Source: Terriglobia bacterium
GTDB taxonomy: Bacteria > Acidobacteriota > Terriglobia > Acidiferrales > UBA7541
Assembly: GCA_963695545.1 (NCBI GenBank)
Contig: OY968796.1
Location: 2,656,001 to 2,720,000, forward strand
DNA: 64,000 nt
Direction: 5' to 3'
This document shows positions 61,301-64,000 of this stretch, piece by piece. The position numbers and the translations under genes were made by a program. The notes under the pieces are model-generated. The model was not told where the DNA came from and did not search any database. It worked only from the letters and a program-made list of their open reading frames with translations. The stretch's first letter is position 1, and the number at the start of each line of letters is the position of its first letter.

Positions 61301-61937
61301 TGCCATTGAAATCTCTTGGAGAGGTCGCATTCGACCCGTCGATCGTAAAGCCCATGTTGTATCCCTGGGTGCCGTTGACTCCCGCTCCTTGGCCGTTGGC
61401 TGCGCCTGACCCGCCGCCGTTATTGATGCCCGGAGAGAGTTCAACCAGCGCGTTGCGCCAATCCGCGCCAATGATCGGCGAGGCTTGAACCGCCGCAGTA
61501 TTCAGGTCCACGTGTTGCTCGGTAGTTTCCGTCTCTACCAGCGGCGCGGCGCTTGTGACCACGACTTCCTGCGTGGCCGTGCCGACCTGCAGCGTGCCAT
61601 CAACTTCCAGCGTTTCGATTTCGAGCTTAATCCCCTGGCGGACGAGATCTCGAAACCCCTGCTTCGAGAACGTGACCGTATAGCTGCCCGGCGCGAGGAA
61701 TGGAACGTCGTACAGACCGTTAGCATTCGTTGCTGACGGCGTGACGACGCCCGTCGCCACGTTCTGAATGGAGACGGTAGCGTCCGGCACCACGGCGCCA
61801 GAGGAGTCCGTCACCGATCCTTTGAGTTCACCCGTGATGGATTGTTGTGCCCTTACCAAGGCAGGTGTCAACGCTACCGCCAACAGCAACAACAAACACG
61901 CGCGACCATAGCTTGCAAACTTCTTCTGACTCTGCAT
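58377..61937 (-). CDS. TonB-dependent receptor, Oar-like
   Basis: GGAGG RBS; signal peptide; GSVTDSSGAVVPDATV, VTKSGTNQWHG, FAPRIGIAW, NVFNHPNF, terminal PRDVQIGAHFTF. Confidence 0.92.
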   Translation of the reverse strand: MQSQKKFASYGRACLLLLLAVALTPALVRAQQSITGELKGSVTDSSGAVVPDATVSIQNVATGVVTPSATNANGLYDVPFLAPGSYTVTFSKQGFRDLVRQGIKLEIETLEVDGTLQVGTATQEVVVTSAAPLVETETTEQHVDLNTAAVQASPIIGADWRNALVELSPGINNGGGSGAANGQGAGVNGTQGYNMGFTIDGSNATSPRDFNGSNNIVPVDTIAEISMNTANSGPEYGNALSAFNAVTKSGTNQWHGSGFLYDQNTVFNAATYGATPGHKSVTHYNLYGGTVGGPILKNKLFFFFAYQYNPSVSPGTPTEYSYPTTAMEAGNFTGQPLTTVPAGCTGCTTTSIPTTDFSTVAKNLQTYFPPATAAGWISGCPSSPTCPANDNFLYTASNKNTNTWYEGKLDYNISSKQKVSFSLNYYPAFVTDIPADPLYPSLASGFETANNYNLTGQLTETWTISPTALNEFRAGAEREYDAYLPYSWNKGTPTTLGLEPAYGSNAPYNQFPEVVIEPSSGNGAINLGVQGSTNVGSGGAGGNGNINAILGQGTYTFSDILTLIRGRHTIKVGGEFDKFYQNYNNWGASESGAFGFNGNVTGNSYADFVLGDVDQWFVTSDPQESEHNWTSGVFLGDDFKVSSHVTLNLGLRWQIQSGWGVSFNEFGTYDPNLPNPTAYTCNQTALTCSLGAQGAVLLGGSGDTATGGTTPYLDKIQNSDYREFAPRIGIAWSPGQNWAIRASYGVFIAPRDAENYTDGATAAFFSGDYLQGTAPTESTPGTPAFKLDVGPPAGTFQIATLASLNPGVLNYQGVEDYPRYEPTSYVSEWLLDIQHQFMGGVMVDAGYVYTRGTHENFQTDTDQAPLNELGTSCPVINEPVKGIMTNVNQNCVGPVPQYESIVAENYDGWSNYNALQIRAQKRASYGFSFLANYAWSKSLDTGTGGGHGSNIGTYQNAFSPIANYGLSSFNAADTVTGQIVWEVPFGSGRQFVLHGVLDEIVGGWRVSSLFQWHTGTPETATIGSGQDAIDPGLQDSLNAGVPNNGAGSTLFANVVGNPNIGSPSNLGLHSQWFNPAAFTNPAPGTFGDVGRDTLIGPHFSDVDFSVSKDFPLHWREGMSLQIRADITNVFNHPNFSNPDDNVAVGSSACPAGHPNAGLFLADCSAGTITGVTGGPRDVQIGAHFTF

Positions 61938-62383
61938 CGAGCCTCCCAAGCGCATGCCCATCAAGACCGCAAATTTAGGGTCGACAAGGATAGGACAGCG
62001 CACTTACCCCGAAACTCCGCGGATACTAGTCCCGAACTGGGGCAGCATAAATCAGACAAAAGTAGGACTGGGCAAAGAAAAACAGTACTTTCGCATTATC
62101 GCCATTCCGCCGGGATTGCCGGCCTTTCTCACCGAAAAGCGCCCCGTGCTGACGCCAATATTCTGATCGACGCGTCGCGCGGGCTGACCGGGAAATCGCA
62201 GATTGCGGGCGGTTTAGCGATTCTTTCGCCTTTTGTTCGTTTCTTGTCGTCCCAACGGATGGCGATCGCCAAGATGGGGCGTTTTGGAGCCCGGCAGTTG
62301 CGCTTTCGCCTACCGTCTGACGTGCGACGCCGCCCCGGATGCGCTGGGACGCGGGAATACTGCGCGGGGCATTCCGGCTGCGG

Positions 62384-64000
62384 CTAGATCGTTTCCGCTG
62401 GCGCGGCAGTCAGTGTGAGAATCGCGGTCTGCGAGCCGAGACGTGGGTGCTTCGCGGTCAGGCGCACCGTGCCGGCGATTTCCTTGGCGCGAACCCAGAC
62501 GGCGCCCGTCCCACCAATCAGGGAAAACGGATTGTCACCGATCAGTTCTGCGGGGCCTTCAAGAGTGAAAACCACCGGATCGTTGGCATAGGTTCGCACT
62601 GCGCCGAACTCATCGGTTACGCGCAAGACCACGCGCGTAGTGTCAGCGCCGTCCGCCATCAGCTTCAGGTCATCCGGCAGCAATAGAAACTTGCTGTCGA
62701 CGCCCCTTCCGGACAACGATTTCGAGATCACCTGTTTTCCCGCGAGATAGCCGTCGATCCGCAGGTCGCCCCATCCAGCGCGAAACTTGCTGACGTCGAG
62801 AACGAACGGCGGATATTCCAGATTGGCGAACTCCGCGCGATCCGCATCGAGTTCGGCCAGCGGCATCCACGGATTTGTTTCGACGCTGCCCGCGCGCGTG
62901 AAAATCTTCAGATGATCGCAGTTGGAACAAATCACAGCTTTGGAGAAGCCGACGGATTCATCGCCGCGCGCCCAATGAAACGCCGGTTCGAGCACAATTT
63001 CCTCCGCCGGATCGCATTGCGATTTGTAAAAGCCTCCGGCGGGTTTCGGCTCGCGGAAGATGTCCGCAACACCGTGGTAACAGATGCGATCGCCGGAGCC
63101 GAAGTTCGCGTGCGTGTTGTAATCGAAGGCGCACCAGCCGATGCCTCCAGCGTACTGCGGATCGGAGGCAAGCTGATTGTGGATTCGCGCGTGGCGCAAG
63201 GTGTGTTCGCGCTGGCGCTCGTCGTCATCGGTGGTCTTCGTGGGAAAAGTGTGGCCGACAAATTCGGTATTCAGATAGCGCGGATGGTTCGGCGCTCTCA
63301 ATGGGAACCCGAAATCGTTTATCGTAAAAACGTCTTCGAGAAATTCCGATGCAGCGAAATTCCGGATTCCTCCGGTTTGGCGCGTTCCATCGAGCGCGTG
63401 CGCCAGCGCATTGGTCCGCGTATAGAAATCGTGATCATCCCTCGATTCGTTGATGCGCACGCCCCACAGAATGATCGCGGGATGATTCCAGTCGCGGCGA
63501 ATCATGCGGCCAACGTTGTCGACCGCGGCGTCCTTCCATCCTTCATCGCCAATATGTTGCCAGCCGGGGATCTCTTCGAGCACCAGCAGGCCAATTTCGT
63601 CGCAGCAATCCAGGAAGTGGCGCGACTGCGGATAATGCGACGTGCGTACGATATTGCAGTGCAGTTGCTCGCGCAGAATCTTCGCGTCCTGTCGCTGCAC
63701 GCGCGCCGGCATAGCCTGGCCAACGAATGGAAATGTCTCGTGACGATCGAGTCCGCGCAACTTGATGATGTTGCCGTTCAGCGAAAAGCCGTGATCGGTG
63801 AAGGTCGCGTCGCGGAATCCGATGCGCCGCGTATCTTCATCAATCGCCCGCCCCGAGCGCACCAGGCGCACATGAACTGTGTAGAGTTGGCGCTGCTCGA
63901 GATCCCACAGCTGTACATTGGCCAGGCCGGTGATCGAAACAGTGTGTCGCGCCGGATCGTTCATGGTCTCCGTGCTCGCGTATACGGGCGCGGGCGTGAC
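62384..64000 (-). CDS. GH2 beta-galactosidase-like protein, 5' end outside the window
   Basis: IGFR, LRGLDRHE, RTSHYP, RRDWNHPAIILWGVRINE and IGWCAFDYNT motifs; frame open to the window edge. Confidence 0.9.
   Translation of the reverse strand, partial: VTPAPVYASTETMNDPARHTVSITGLANVQLWDLEQRQLYTVHVRLVRSGRAIDEDTRRIGFRDATFTDHGFSLNGNIIKLRGLDRHETFPFVGQAMPARVQRQDAKILREQLHCNIVRTSHYPQSRHFLDCCDEIGLLVLEEIPGWQHIGDEGWKDAAVDNVGRMIRRDWNHPAIILWGVRINESRDDHDFYTRTNALAHALDGTRQTGGIRNFAASEFLEDVFTINDFGFPLRAPNHPRYLNTEFVGHTFPTKTTDDDERQREHTLRHARIHNQLASDPQYAGGIGWCAFDYNTHANFGSGDRICYHGVADIFREPKPAGGFYKSQCDPAEEIVLEPAFHWARGDESVGFSKAVICSNCDHLKIFTRAGSVETNPWMPLAELDADRAEFANLEYPPFVLDVSKFRAGWGDLRIDGYLAGKQVISKSLSGRGVDSKFLLLPDDLKLMADGADTTRVVLRVTDEFGAVRTYANDPVVFTLEGPAELIGDNPFSLIGGTGAVWVRAKEIAGTVRLTAKHPRLGSQTAILTLTAAPAETI

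Overview
GC-rich bacterial chromosomal window, most likely Acidobacteriota (inferred from two Oar-type TonB-dependent receptors, an ADOP-type duplicated ABC permease and many Tat-exported glycosidases). Four blocks. (1) 1-16.9 kb: glycan-utilisation locus with two GH29-like enzymes, a GH95-like enzyme, a TonB receptor, a membrane-anchored wHTH-like regulator, a DUF5696/GH129-like enzyme and a GH28 enzyme. (2) 17-23.2 kb: ppa, then an RsbW/RsbV/PAS-PP2C partner-switching module wrapped around an Mla/MCE transporter. (3) 23.3-44 kb: acid-stress and carbon-storage block (HdeD-like, NRAMP-like, pgm, glgP, glgX, malQ, phosphoketolase, pgi, P3A H+-ATPase, gnd, GH144-like) with signs of gene decay. 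(4) 44-64 kb: ADOP permease, a Tat glycosidase and a galactan locus (propeller sensor kinase, NarL-type regulator, GH35, GH53, TPR protein, TonB receptor, partial GH2). I saw no rRNA, tRNA, CRISPR array, transposase or integrase. The strongest unexplained signals are non-coding. First, two diverged copies of a ~330-bp element (about 6135-6465 and 48867-49187), each with its own sigma70-like promoter and a four-unit repeat array. Second, two copies of a five-unit GTATC array with 11-bp period flanking the regulator gene, each facing a target gene. All family assignments come from motif recognition by eye, not database searches.
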